A stretch of 64,000 nt of DNA from the NCBI GenBank assembly GCA_030765185.1, contig JAVCDE010000003.1, positions 64,038 to 128,037 on the forward strand, read 5' to 3'. The translations under genes were made by a program, and so were the position numbers. This DNA is from Candidatus Aceula meridiana. Lineage in GTDB: Bacteria > Omnitrophota > Gorgyraeia > Zapsychrales > Aceulaceae. The notes under the pieces were generated by a model. It was given only the letters and a program-made list of their open reading frames with translations. It was not told where the DNA came from and did not search any database. Position 1 is the stretch's first letter, and the number at the start of each line of letters is the position of its first letter. Shown piece by piece: positions 27,295 through 35,944 of this stretch.

Positions 27295-28593
27295 ATGCCA
27301 AAAGAAATTTTAGTTAATATCAGAGAAGGTGAAAAGCGCGTCGCTATCATCGAAGACGGTGTCTTAGATGATTTTTATATTGAGATGGAGCGCGAAGACT
27401 TTTTACTCGGAAATATCTACAAGGGAAAAGTTGAATCAATTTTGCCGTCAATTAATGCGGCCTTTGTTAACATCGGGCAGGAAAAGAATGGATTCCTTTA
27501 TTTAACGGATGTTCTTAATCCTTTAGTGGAAGAGGAGCTGTCTGGGGCGCGTAAGTTTATTAGTCGTCTTTTAAGTGGAGAGAAAAAGCAGCTTAAAAAG
27601 AAAAAGAGGGAACCAGTTTCTTTTAAAAAAGGCGACGAGGTTCTTGTTCAGGTTGTTAAGGAGCCTTTTGCAAACAAAGGCGCACGCTTGACCACGCATG
27701 TCAGCCTTCCGGGTCGGTTCGTGGTTTTTATGCCGCATGATAAGCATCTTGGAATTTCAAAGAAGATTGAGGGCACAGATGAAAGGCAGCGCCTTAAAGA
27801 AATCTTAAAAGATATCCGCGGAGTTCGAGATGGAGGTTTTATCGTTCGTACGGTTGCTTCCAAGAAGGGAAAGCGCGAACTTATTCGTGATGCCCGTTTT
27901 CTTCTAAAAGTATGGCAAAAAATTAAGAAATCGTCAGATGACCGCAAGGCTCCAACCTTAATCTATAAGGAATATGACCTTCTTTGGAGGATTGTGCGAG
28001 ACTTTCTGCGGGAAGACGTTGATAAATTAATTGTTGATTCTCAAGAAGAATATATTAGAATAAGAAAATTTGTTAACATGCTTATTGGTCATGAAATGGT
28101 CAATAAGATTCAATTATATAAAGCAGAAATGCCCCTTTTTGATAGCAAAGATGTTTCTAAACAACTTAACAAGATTTTTGACCTGAAAGTTTTTTTAAAG
28201 TCTGGGGCTTATATTATTATTGAGCCTACTGAAGGCCTTATTGTTGTTGATGTTAACAGCGGGAGGTTTAAGGTCAATGCATCTCCGGAAGATGCGGCTT
28301 TCATGGTTAACATGGAAGCAACAGCAGAGATTGCCCGACAGCTACGTTTAAGGGACTTAGGCGGTATTATTGTTATTGATTTTATTGATATGGGAAGAGA
28401 GGGGCATAAGCGTCAGGTTGCGCAGGCTCTTCAAAAAGCCCTGGCGAAAGACCATTCTAAGACAGAAATTACACGGATTTCATCTTTAGGGTTATTAGAA
28501 ATGACCCGCGCAAGAACAGGAAAGACTATCGAATCTCGATCATTCGATCCATGTCCTTATTGCGAGGGGCGAGGCCGTGTTAAAATTGAGTAA
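27295..28593 (+). CDS. rng: ribonuclease, Rne/Rng family
   Basis: GNIYKGKV S1 domain, VQVVKEP, KGARLT, DVNSG, LRDLGGIIVIDFIDM, CPYC. Confidence 0.93.
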   Translation: MPKEILVNIREGEKRVAIIEDGVLDDFYIEMEREDFLLGNIYKGKVESILPSINAAFVNIGQEKNGFLYLTDVLNPLVEEELSGARKFISRLLSGEKKQLKKKKREPVSFKKGDEVLVQVVKEPFANKGARLTTHVSLPGRFVVFMPHDKHLGISKKIEGTDERQRLKEILKDIRGVRDGGFIVRTVASKKGKRELIRDARFLLKVWQKIKKSSDDRKAPTLIYKEYDLLWRIVRDFLREDVDKLIVDSQEEYIRIRKFVNMLIGHEMVNKIQLYKAEMPLFDSKDVSKQLNKIFDLKVFLKSGAYIIIEPTEGLIVVDVNSGRFKVNASPEDAAFMVNMEATAEIARQLRLRDLGGIIVIDFIDMGREGHKRQVAQALQKALAKDHSKTEITRISSLGLLEMTRARTGKTIESRSFDPCPYCEGRGRVKIE

Positions 28594-28625
28594 TTCATAA
28601 AGGTTATTTAAAGGAGGAAGAAAAG

Positions 28626-28943
28626 ATGTATGCAATTGTTCAACTTGGCCCACATCAATATAAGGTATCTGAGGGCGATACAATTGAGGCTCAAAAGCTA
28701 GACGCAAAAGAAGGTAAAAGTATCACCATTGATCAGGTTTTGATGTACGCAAAAGGACAGACTGTTAAAGTCGGTCAACCCTACCTAAAGGATGTCAAAG
28801 TTACCGCTACAGTTATCGGCGAAAAGAAGGATAAAAAAGTTGTTTCTTTTAAGTATAAAAAACGAAAAGATTCTTCTTGGAAAAAAGGACATCGTCAAAA
28901 AAAGACAGCTTTAAGCATCACTAAGATTGATGCCAAAGAATAA
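28626..28943 (+). CDS. rplU: 50S ribosomal protein L21
   Basis: MYAIV..QYKVSEGD, VGQPY, GHRQ. Confidence 0.97.
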   Translation: MYAIVQLGPHQYKVSEGDTIEAQKLDAKEGKSITIDQVLMYAKGQTVKVGQPYLKDVKVTATVIGEKKDKKVVSFKYKKRKDSSWKKGHRQKKTALSITKIDAKE

Positions 28944-28968
28944 GATTGTTTTATCCGAAAGAAGGTGA

Positions 28969-29964
28969 GTGAAAATGGCCGCTTTCGTCGATGAAGCGCG
29001 AATCTTTGTAGCCGCCGGTAACGGAGGAAAGGGTTGTGAAAGTTTTTATTCCGATAAGCTTAATCGGCATCCTCGGCCTGATGGCGGCGATGGCGGAAAT
29101 GGTGGAAATGTTGTTATTTTAGCAAGCCGTTCCGTCCAGACACTTCTTGATTATAAATTCAGACAGCATCATAAGGCGCAAAGAGGCGGACACGCTAGCA
29201 GTAAAAATAAGACTGGGAAGACAGGCGAAGACTGCATTCTAAGAGTTCCCCTCGGGACAATCATTAGAGATTATGATACCGGGCTTTTAATTAAAGATTT
29301 AACGCGTGATGAACAGAGTGTTGTCATTGCCAGGGGAGGCGCTGGTGGAATTGGAAATAATCGCAACCGTACGCCTAAGCCGCCAGAACTTGGGGAGGCG
29401 AGCACCCTTAAGCTTGAGTTAAAAATTGTTGCTGATGTCGGGTTGATAGGATTTCCTAATGTCGGAAAATCTACCTTGATTTCGGCAATTTCGAAAGTTC
29501 ATTCTAAGATTGCGAATTATCCTTTTACAACGAAACAGCCGATTTTAGGATTTGTTGAAAGCGATGATGAAAATTTTCATTTTGTTGTTGCCGATTTGCC
29601 TGGATTGATTGAGGGAGCACATTTAGGGAAAGGTCTCGGGGATAGGTTCTTAAAACATGCCGAACGCACGCGTATTCTCGTTCATGTTTTAGATATGGCT
29701 CCTATCGGTGGGCGTGATCCCCTAGAGGATTATGAGAAAATTAACGAAGAACTCAAAGCATACAGCTCAAAGCTGTTTTTAAAGCGACAAATTGTTGTTG
29801 CCAACAAGATGGACTTTCCTACAGCTGGTGACCAATTGAAGCGTTTCCGTAAGAAGTACAAAGAAACTATTTTTGCTGTTTCAGCTTTAGAAAAAACAGG
29901 ATTAGAGAATTTAATTAATCAAATAAAAGAAATATTATGTCACGACAATTTCCAAGAAAAATAA
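28969..29964 (+). CDS. obgE: GTPase ObgE
   Basis: FVDE, Gly-rich Obg domain, GFPNVGKS, YPFTT, DLPG, NKMD, SAL; start may be ATG 28975. Confidence 0.96.
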   Translation: MKMAAFVDEARIFVAAGNGGKGCESFYSDKLNRHPRPDGGDGGNGGNVVILASRSVQTLLDYKFRQHHKAQRGGHASSKNKTGKTGEDCILRVPLGTIIRDYDTGLLIKDLTRDEQSVVIARGGAGGIGNNRNRTPKPPELGEASTLKLELKIVADVGLIGFPNVGKSTLISAISKVHSKIANYPFTTKQPILGFVESDDENFHFVVADLPGLIEGAHLGKGLGDRFLKHAERTRILVHVLDMAPIGGRDPLEDYEKINEELKAYSSKLFLKRQIVVANKMDFPTAGDQLKRFRKKYKETIFAVSALEKTGLENLINQIKEILCHDNFQEK

Positions 29965-31025
29965 AACGGATTGTTATCAAAATTGGCTCGGGGATTATTG
30001 CTAATTATTATATGAATCCGAAGAAATCATGTTTTCAATCTGTCATTAAACAAATCGGCCAGATGCGAAAAAAAGGCATTGAGGTTGTTTTGGTAAGTTC
30101 TGGATCTATCGTTTTAGGCTTAGGCGAAACCAAACAGCACATTCGTCCCTCTGGCGTAGCTTCTTTGCAGGCATTGGCGGCGATTGGACAAAATGTTTTA
30201 ATGCGCACGTATAGCGATTTGCTTAAGAAGAGCAAACTGTGCTGTGCTCAGGTTTTGTTAACGTGGGATGATTTTGACAACAGGCTTCGTTACAAAAATG
30301 CCCGTCACACCATTGACAAAATTTTAAGCTACGGCGTTGTTCCGATTATTAACGAAAACGATACCATTTCGACTGATGAGATTAAATTCGGAGACAATGA
30401 TAGGCTTTCGGCGTTGGTGGCTAGCCTTATTCAGGCAGATCTTCTTGTTATGCTTTCGGATGTTGACGGCCTCTATGAAGTAAAAAATGGCAAAAAGAAA
30501 GTTTTTAAGGAAATCCGTGAGGTTACGAAAGAAATTGAAGGCTTAGCCGGTGGGACTGATAAAAAACATATCTCAAAGGGCGGAATGATTACCAAATTAG
30601 AAGCTGTTAAGATTGCGACTCATGCAAAAATTCCGTGTATTATCGCGAACGGGGAAACTTTAAATGTTTTAACGGATATTCTAAAAGGAAAACGTATTGG
30701 TACTTTTTTTATGGAAAAAGAGGAAAAGCTTTTATCCCGTCGTCATTGGATTTCTTTTGGCGCTAAATCAAAAGGAAAGATTATTATCGATAATGGTGCT
30801 AAAGAAGTCCTTTTAAAAGGGGGCAAAAGCCTTCTTCTGCCGGGAGTCGTTGACTGGGAAGGTCATTTCAGGAAAGAGGATGTTGTCATAGTTTCCTCGC
30901 AGGACGGTCAGGAAATCGCCCGCGGAATTATTAATTATTCTGTTACTGATTTGCATAAGATAGAAGACCGAAAGCAAAAACAAGAGGTTATTCATTGCAA
31001 CAACATGGTTTTATCACAGCGTTAA
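29937..31025 (+). CDS. proB: glutamate 5-kinase with PUA domain
   Basis: VIKIGS, VSSG, PIINEND, FGDNDRLSA, GGMITK. Confidence 0.96.
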   Translation: MSRQFPRKIKRIVIKIGSGIIANYYMNPKKSCFQSVIKQIGQMRKKGIEVVLVSSGSIVLGLGETKQHIRPSGVASLQALAAIGQNVLMRTYSDLLKKSKLCCAQVLLTWDDFDNRLRYKNARHTIDKILSYGVVPIINENDTISTDEIKFGDNDRLSALVASLIQADLLVMLSDVDGLYEVKNGKKKVFKEIREVTKEIEGLAGGTDKKHISKGGMITKLEAVKIATHAKIPCIIANGETLNVLTDILKGKRIGTFFMEKEEKLLSRRHWISFGAKSKGKIIIDNGAKEVLLKGGKSLLLPGVVDWEGHFRKEDVVIVSSQDGQEIARGIINYSVTDLHKIEDRKQKQEVIHCNNMVLSQR

Positions 31026-31040
31026 TTTAAAAGGAAATTA

Positions 31041-32300
31041 ATGTCTTTAGAAAAAAAAATATTAATCTTAGCCAAAAAAGCCAAAAAAGCTGCACAAGCT
31101 ATGGCTATGGTTTCAGCGGATGAGAAAAACAAAGCTTTACGGTTAATGGCAAAAAGCATTTTAGCGCATAAAAAATTTCTTATTCGTGAAAATCAAAAGG
31201 ATCTTAAAGCGGCGAGATTAAAAGGGTATCCGAGGGCTTTAGTAGATCGCCTGACATTAAATGAAAAACGCATCAAGGCTATGGCTGACTGCCTTTTAGA
31301 TACGACACGGCTTAAAGACCCTGTTGGAGAGGTTCTGGTGAGTTTTAAGAGGCCTAACGGGCTGCTGATCAAAAAAGTTCGTACGCCGATTGGTGTTGTT
31401 GGTATTATTTATGAGTCTAGGCCAAACGTCACAAGCGATTGTATTGGTCTGTGCCTAAAGTCAGGAAATGTTTCTATTTTAAAAGGCGGCAAAGAAGCTT
31501 TTTATTCGAATAAGGCTATTTTTGATGTTTTGCAGAAATCAATAGCAAAAACAAAAATTCCTAAAGATGCTATCCATTTAATTCCATCAACTGACCGCAA
31601 ATCCGTTAATGTACTTTTAAAGCTCGATGAATATGTTGATGTTATTATTCCCCGCGGGGGTGAAAGTCTAATAAAATTTGTCGCGCAGAACTCTTGCATT
31701 CCTGTTATCAAACACTATAAAGGCGTCTGCCATACTTATGTGAGCCTGCATGCTAATTTGAATATGGCTTATAGGATTTGTTACAATGCAAAAGTGCAAA
31801 GGCCTGGAGTGTGCAACGCCATGGAAACGATGCTTGTGGATGAAAGAATCGCAAAACGTTTCTTGCCGAAAATGATTTCTTTGCTTAAAGAGGCCGGAGT
31901 TGAAATTCGTGGCTGCGCCAAAACAAAGAAAATTATCAAAAAAGGCATTAAGAAAGTTTCTGCATCTGACTGGCCTGAAGAATATCTTGATTTAATTTTA
32001 GCCGTTAAGGTTGTCAAAAATTTAAAAGAAGCCATTGAACACATCAACATTTATGGTTCAAAGCATTCTGATGCAATTGTTACACGCAACAAGAAAGAAG
32101 CACAGGAGTTTTTAAAAGCCGTTGATTCATCTTGTCTTTATGTCAATGCCTCAACGCGTTTTACCGATGGGTATGAATTTGGTTTTGGCGCTGAGGTGGG
32201 TATTAGCACAGATAAGCTTCATGCGCGCGGGCCCATGGCATTACCTGAGCTCACAACCTACAAGTATCTTGTTTTGGGGAAAGGGCAGATTAGGAAATAG
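31041..32300 (+). CDS. proA: gamma-glutamyl phosphate reductase
   Basis: IIYESRPNVT, IPRGG, VCNAMET, VNASTRFTDG, LHARGPM. Confidence 0.97.
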   Translation: MSLEKKILILAKKAKKAAQAMAMVSADEKNKALRLMAKSILAHKKFLIRENQKDLKAARLKGYPRALVDRLTLNEKRIKAMADCLLDTTRLKDPVGEVLVSFKRPNGLLIKKVRTPIGVVGIIYESRPNVTSDCIGLCLKSGNVSILKGGKEAFYSNKAIFDVLQKSIAKTKIPKDAIHLIPSTDRKSVNVLLKLDEYVDVIIPRGGESLIKFVAQNSCIPVIKHYKGVCHTYVSLHANLNMAYRICYNAKVQRPGVCNAMETMLVDERIAKRFLPKMISLLKEAGVEIRGCAKTKKIIKKGIKKVSASDWPEEYLDLILAVKVVKNLKEAIEHINIYGSKHSDAIVTRNKKEAQEFLKAVDSSCLYVNASTRFTDGYEFGFGAEVGISTDKLHARGPMALPELTTYKYLVLGKGQIRK

Positions 32301-32882
32301 ATGACCAAGCGAATCGGTGTTTTAGGTGGCACGTTTAATCCTATTCATGTTGGGCATTTGGCGATTGCGCAGGTGGCGTTAGAAAGAATGCATTTATCAA
32401 AAGTTATTTTTGTGCCGGCACATATTCCGCCACACAAAAATCGTAAGATTGTTGCCGGTGCCAAGCATCGATTTCGTATGACAGAGCTTGCTATTGAAAA
32501 TAATCCGCATTTTGAGATTTCGGATTTTGAGATTACTAAAAAAGGAAAATCGTACACTATTGATACGATGCAGCATTTTCGGGAAGTTTATTCTGAAGAT
32601 ACGCGTTTGTTTTTTATTATTGGAGAGGATACACTTTCACAGCTTCCGCGATGGCGATATATTGATGATATTTTAAAGATTTCTGATTTTATTGTTGTTA
32701 ATCGTCCAGGGCATACAAAAAAGAGCACAGACATCAAGCATTCTAGCGTAATTATGCCAGGAATTGATATTTCTTCATCTTATGTTCGGTTGCGTATTAC
32801 GGAAAAAAGAACAGTTCGGTATTTTGTGCTAGATAAAGTCATTGATTATATTAAACAAAACAAACTCTATGAAAGTTCATAA
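32301..32882 (+). CDS. nadD: nicotinate-nucleotide adenylyltransferase
   Basis: GGTFNPIHVGH, PPHK, SYTIDT, FIIGED, ISSS. Confidence 0.95.
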   Translation: MTKRIGVLGGTFNPIHVGHLAIAQVALERMHLSKVIFVPAHIPPHKNRKIVAGAKHRFRMTELAIENNPHFEISDFEITKKGKSYTIDTMQHFREVYSEDTRLFFIIGEDTLSQLPRWRYIDDILKISDFIVVNRPGHTKKSTDIKHSSVIMPGIDISSSYVRLRITEKRTVRYFVLDKVIDYIKQNKLYESS

Positions 32883-32904
32883 AAAAGACAAAGGAGTAAT
32901 TTCT

Positions 32905-34332
32905 ATGTGCCAAAATGCAAAAAATGAGATTAAATTTGGAACTGACGGATGGCGTGCTGTTATTTCGAAGGAATTCACTTTCAAAAATGTTGCGATTCTT
33001 GCCCAAGCTATTAGTGAGTGGGTTCGCCATGATTTGCCTCGGAAATCAGGGCAACGAAAGCGTGTGGCTGTAGGATTCGATACTCGATTTCTTTCTGATA
33101 AATACGCAAGGACTGTTGCCTGTGTTTTAGCAAGAAATAACATTGAAGTTTATCTTTCTGATGCGCCCATCCCGACACCAGCTTTAAGTTTTATTTTGAC
33201 ACGATTAAAATGTGTTGCCGGCATTATGATTACCGCAAGCCATAATCCCGGAGAGTTTAATGGGGTAAAAATTAAAACAGCTCAAGGCGGCGCGGCATCG
33301 CGAGAAATTACTGATTTGGTTGAAGATTATCTTTGCGAGAGCGAAGTTCAGATGGCAGACTTTGAAGAGGCCAAAAAAAAGAAAGATCTTATCGTTTATA
33401 ATTTTAAAGAAGAGTATGTTCAGTTTTTAAGAAATTATTTAGACTTGAAAGCTTTAAAAAAGGTTCGCTACAAGGTTTTAGTGGATGCGATGCACGGCAG
33501 CGGAGATAGCTTAGCCTTAGATGTTCTTAAGGGAACAAGTATCCGTGCTTCTGTTATGCGTAGCGACATTAATCCTTCTTTTGAGGGACAAAAGCCTGAA
33601 CCTGTTGAAGAATATGTTTCTGAGCTTAAGGAGCGCGTGAAAAAGGAAAAGTTTGATATTGGTCTTATTCTAGATGGCGATGCCGATCGTATTGCTGCGG
33701 TCACCTCAGATGGTGAATATGTTAGTCCGCAGAAGATTTTGGGCCTGATTATTCTTCATCTGGCACGTAATAAAGGGAAGACAGGTGGCATTATTAAAAC
33801 AATTTGCGGAACGACAATGCTTGACCACATCGCTGAAAAATTGGGTCTAAAGCTTTATGAAACACCTGTAGGCTTCAAATATATTTCTGATTTAATGATT
33901 TCTGAAGACATTTTAGCCGGTGGCGAAGAAGCCGGCGGAATTGGCGTTCGGGATTACATCCCGGAACGAGATGGAACATTAGCCGGACTTTTGCTTTTGG
34001 AAATGATGGCTTATCGTAAAAAAAGTTTTAAGAAGCTTATTAAAGAAATGGAAAAAGAGTTTGGCCGTTATTTCTATGAGCGTGCAGATTTAAAAACAAA
34101 AAAGAAATCGTTCGATTTGCAGAAAATTAAATCTTTAAAGCGCATTATGGGCAAGAAGGTCGTAAATGTTAAAACTTTCGACGGAGTCAAGCTTATTCGT
34201 GAGGATGAGAGCTGGATTATGTTTAGGCCGTCGGGGACAGAACCTCTTATTCGCTCTTATGTTGAAGCAAAATCAGCTAAAAAGGCTAAGGATTTGATTG
34301 CTTACGGCAAACTAATGCTTAAGAAATTATAA
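32905..34332 (+). CDS. phosphoglucomutase/phosphomannomutase family protein
   Basis: ATG 32905 follows SD AAGGAG; FGTDGWR, TASHNP, DGDADR, GEEAGG, RPSGTEP. Confidence 0.92.
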   Translation: MCQNAKNEIKFGTDGWRAVISKEFTFKNVAILAQAISEWVRHDLPRKSGQRKRVAVGFDTRFLSDKYARTVACVLARNNIEVYLSDAPIPTPALSFILTRLKCVAGIMITASHNPGEFNGVKIKTAQGGAASREITDLVEDYLCESEVQMADFEEAKKKKDLIVYNFKEEYVQFLRNYLDLKALKKVRYKVLVDAMHGSGDSLALDVLKGTSIRASVMRSDINPSFEGQKPEPVEEYVSELKERVKKEKFDIGLILDGDADRIAAVTSDGEYVSPQKILGLIILHLARNKGKTGGIIKTICGTTMLDHIAEKLGLKLYETPVGFKYISDLMISEDILAGGEEAGGIGVRDYIPERDGTLAGLLLLEMMAYRKKSFKKLIKEMEKEFGRYFYERADLKTKKKSFDLQKIKSLKRIMGKKVVNVKTFDGVKLIREDESWIMFRPSGTEPLIRSYVEAKSAKKAKDLIAYGKLMLKKL

Positions 34333-34342
34333 GGCTTAAAAA

Positions 34343-34936
34343 ATGTTTTATTGGCCAGGCTTTATCTTTTTTTGGATTTTTTATAAAATATTTTTAAGGC
34401 TTGAATCTTTTGGCCGGGAAAATATTCCTCGTAAGGGCGGATATCTTATTGCCAGCAATCATTTGAGCAATTTGGATCCGATGATTATTGGCATTGCCGC
34501 AGGGCGAAAGATCAGCTTTATGGCTAAGGACTCGCTTTTTAAAAATTGTTTTTTTGGTTTCATTTTGCGCGGTGTTATGGCGTTTCCTGTTAGGCGCGGG
34601 TCTCTAGATGTCAGCACAGTTAAAGAGGCGGTTAGGCGTCTTAAAACAGGAGGCCTTGTTGTTTTTCCTCAAGGGACACGACGCACCATTGATTTTGATT
34701 TAAAAGGGATTAAATCAGGCGTAGGGCTTTTAGCTGCTAAGGCCGATGTTCCTATTGTTCCGGCATTTATTAACGGGTCTGATAAGGCGATGCCGCCTGG
34801 TGCAAAATTTATAAGACCTGCAAAAACATTTGTCCGTTTTGGAAAACCTATTCGAGTAGGCAAGGATCTTTCTTATGAGGAGACTGCGCTTAAAGTTATG
34901 ACAGAAATAAAACAATTATCACAGCAAGAGGCATAA
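34343..34936 (+). CDS. plsC: 1-acyl-sn-glycerol-3-phosphate acyltransferase
   Basis: NHLSNLD (HX4D), FMAK, FPQGTR, PIVP. Confidence 0.9.
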   Translation: MFYWPGFIFFWIFYKIFLRLESFGRENIPRKGGYLIASNHLSNLDPMIIGIAAGRKISFMAKDSLFKNCFFGFILRGVMAFPVRRGSLDVSTVKEAVRRLKTGGLVVFPQGTRRTIDFDLKGIKSGVGLLAAKADVPIVPAFINGSDKAMPPGAKFIRPAKTFVRFGKPIRVGKDLSYEETALKVMTEIKQLSQQEA

Positions 34937-34938
34937 AA

Positions 34939-35748
34939 ATGGCAAAAAAGATTTTAGTTGTTGATGACGAACCTGACGTTAGCGAGCTGATTAAAAAAAG
35001 ACTTGAGGCTCACGGCATTGAAGTCGATACCGCAGAAGATGGTGAAAAAGCTCTTTTAAAGGCGCGAGAGTCAAAGCCAGATTTAATTATTACAGATATT
35101 GTAATGCCTGTGATGGATGGGTTTGCTCTTTACAAAGAACTTCAAAAAGATGCCTTGCTTGCGAATATTCCTCTTTTGATTTTGTCCGGGCGAAAGAAAA
35201 TGGAAGATTCTTTTCGGGCGATGGGGGTCGAGCATTTCGTCGGAAAACCTTTTGAGGCCGATCAACTTTTGGAAAAGGTTAATCAACTTCTAAGCCAAGA
35301 AGTGGGCATCGAGGCAGAAGAGCTGTCGACAACTCCAAAAGCTGTCGGAAAGAAAATTCTTATTGCAAGTTCTCAGAAGACTGTTGCAGAGAATATGCGC
35401 GACCAGCTTGAGAAACAAGGGCATATTTTAGAGTGTACCCTTGACGGGCCGCACACGATTGTTCGAGCTGTTGATTTTTTACCGGATGTTTTTATTTTGG
35501 ATATTGACTTGGATGAAATGCCTTGTCCCGAAGTTATTAAAACTCTGAGGTATTTACCAGTTATAAAGACAAGAGAGATTTTAACCTTTAGCTCCCGTGA
35601 TGCGGCCGGTAGCCGCGATTCGGCGGGGATGGAAAGTCTTGCATCAACAGATGAAGCTGTTGAAGCTTGCAAGGGGGCAGGGGCTTCCGCTTCTTTAGGG
35701 CCTTTTAAAGAATTTACTTTTTTAAAGTCTGTCCAAAAGTATTTTTAA
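34939..35748 (+). CDS. response regulator with two receiver domains, no output domain
   Basis: REC1: VVDDE, IITDIVMP, LSG, KPF. REC2 is atypical (IASSQ, FILDIDL, no KP). Confidence 0.88.
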   Translation: MAKKILVVDDEPDVSELIKKRLEAHGIEVDTAEDGEKALLKARESKPDLIITDIVMPVMDGFALYKELQKDALLANIPLLILSGRKKMEDSFRAMGVEHFVGKPFEADQLLEKVNQLLSQEVGIEAEELSTTPKAVGKKILIASSQKTVAENMRDQLEKQGHILECTLDGPHTIVRAVDFLPDVFILDIDLDEMPCPEVIKTLRYLPVIKTREILTFSSRDAAGSRDSAGMESLASTDEAVEACKGAGASASLGPFKEFTFLKSVQKYF

Positions 35749-35843
35749 AGCTCTGGAGTAATAAGTTTTTTTATTATTTTTCCTCGTTTTATAATTTTTT
35801 ATTTCTTATTTTTCAATAATTAAGATTTTCTCAAAGATTTTAG

Positions 35844-35872
35844 TTGACAAAAGAGGGCTTTTCGAACATAAT
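35844..35872 (+). promoter_or_regulatory. sigma70 promoter of rpsA
   Basis: TTGACA (35844-35849), 17 bp spacer, CATAAT (35867-35872). Confidence 0.75.
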
Positions 35873-35944
35873 TTGGTACTTTTGTTTGCGCAGTTTTGCG
35901 TTACGGGCAAGCAAAAGAATAAAATTAGAGAGAGGTATTTTTTT

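Noticed and set aside
32301-32905. rsfS absent after nadD
   Set aside because: The nadD-rsfS linkage is often broken, so absence from this window says little
35873-35944. Longer rpsA N-terminus from TTG 35873
   Set aside because: It starts immediately after the predicted -10 box, upstream of the likely transcription start; ATG 35945 has an SD
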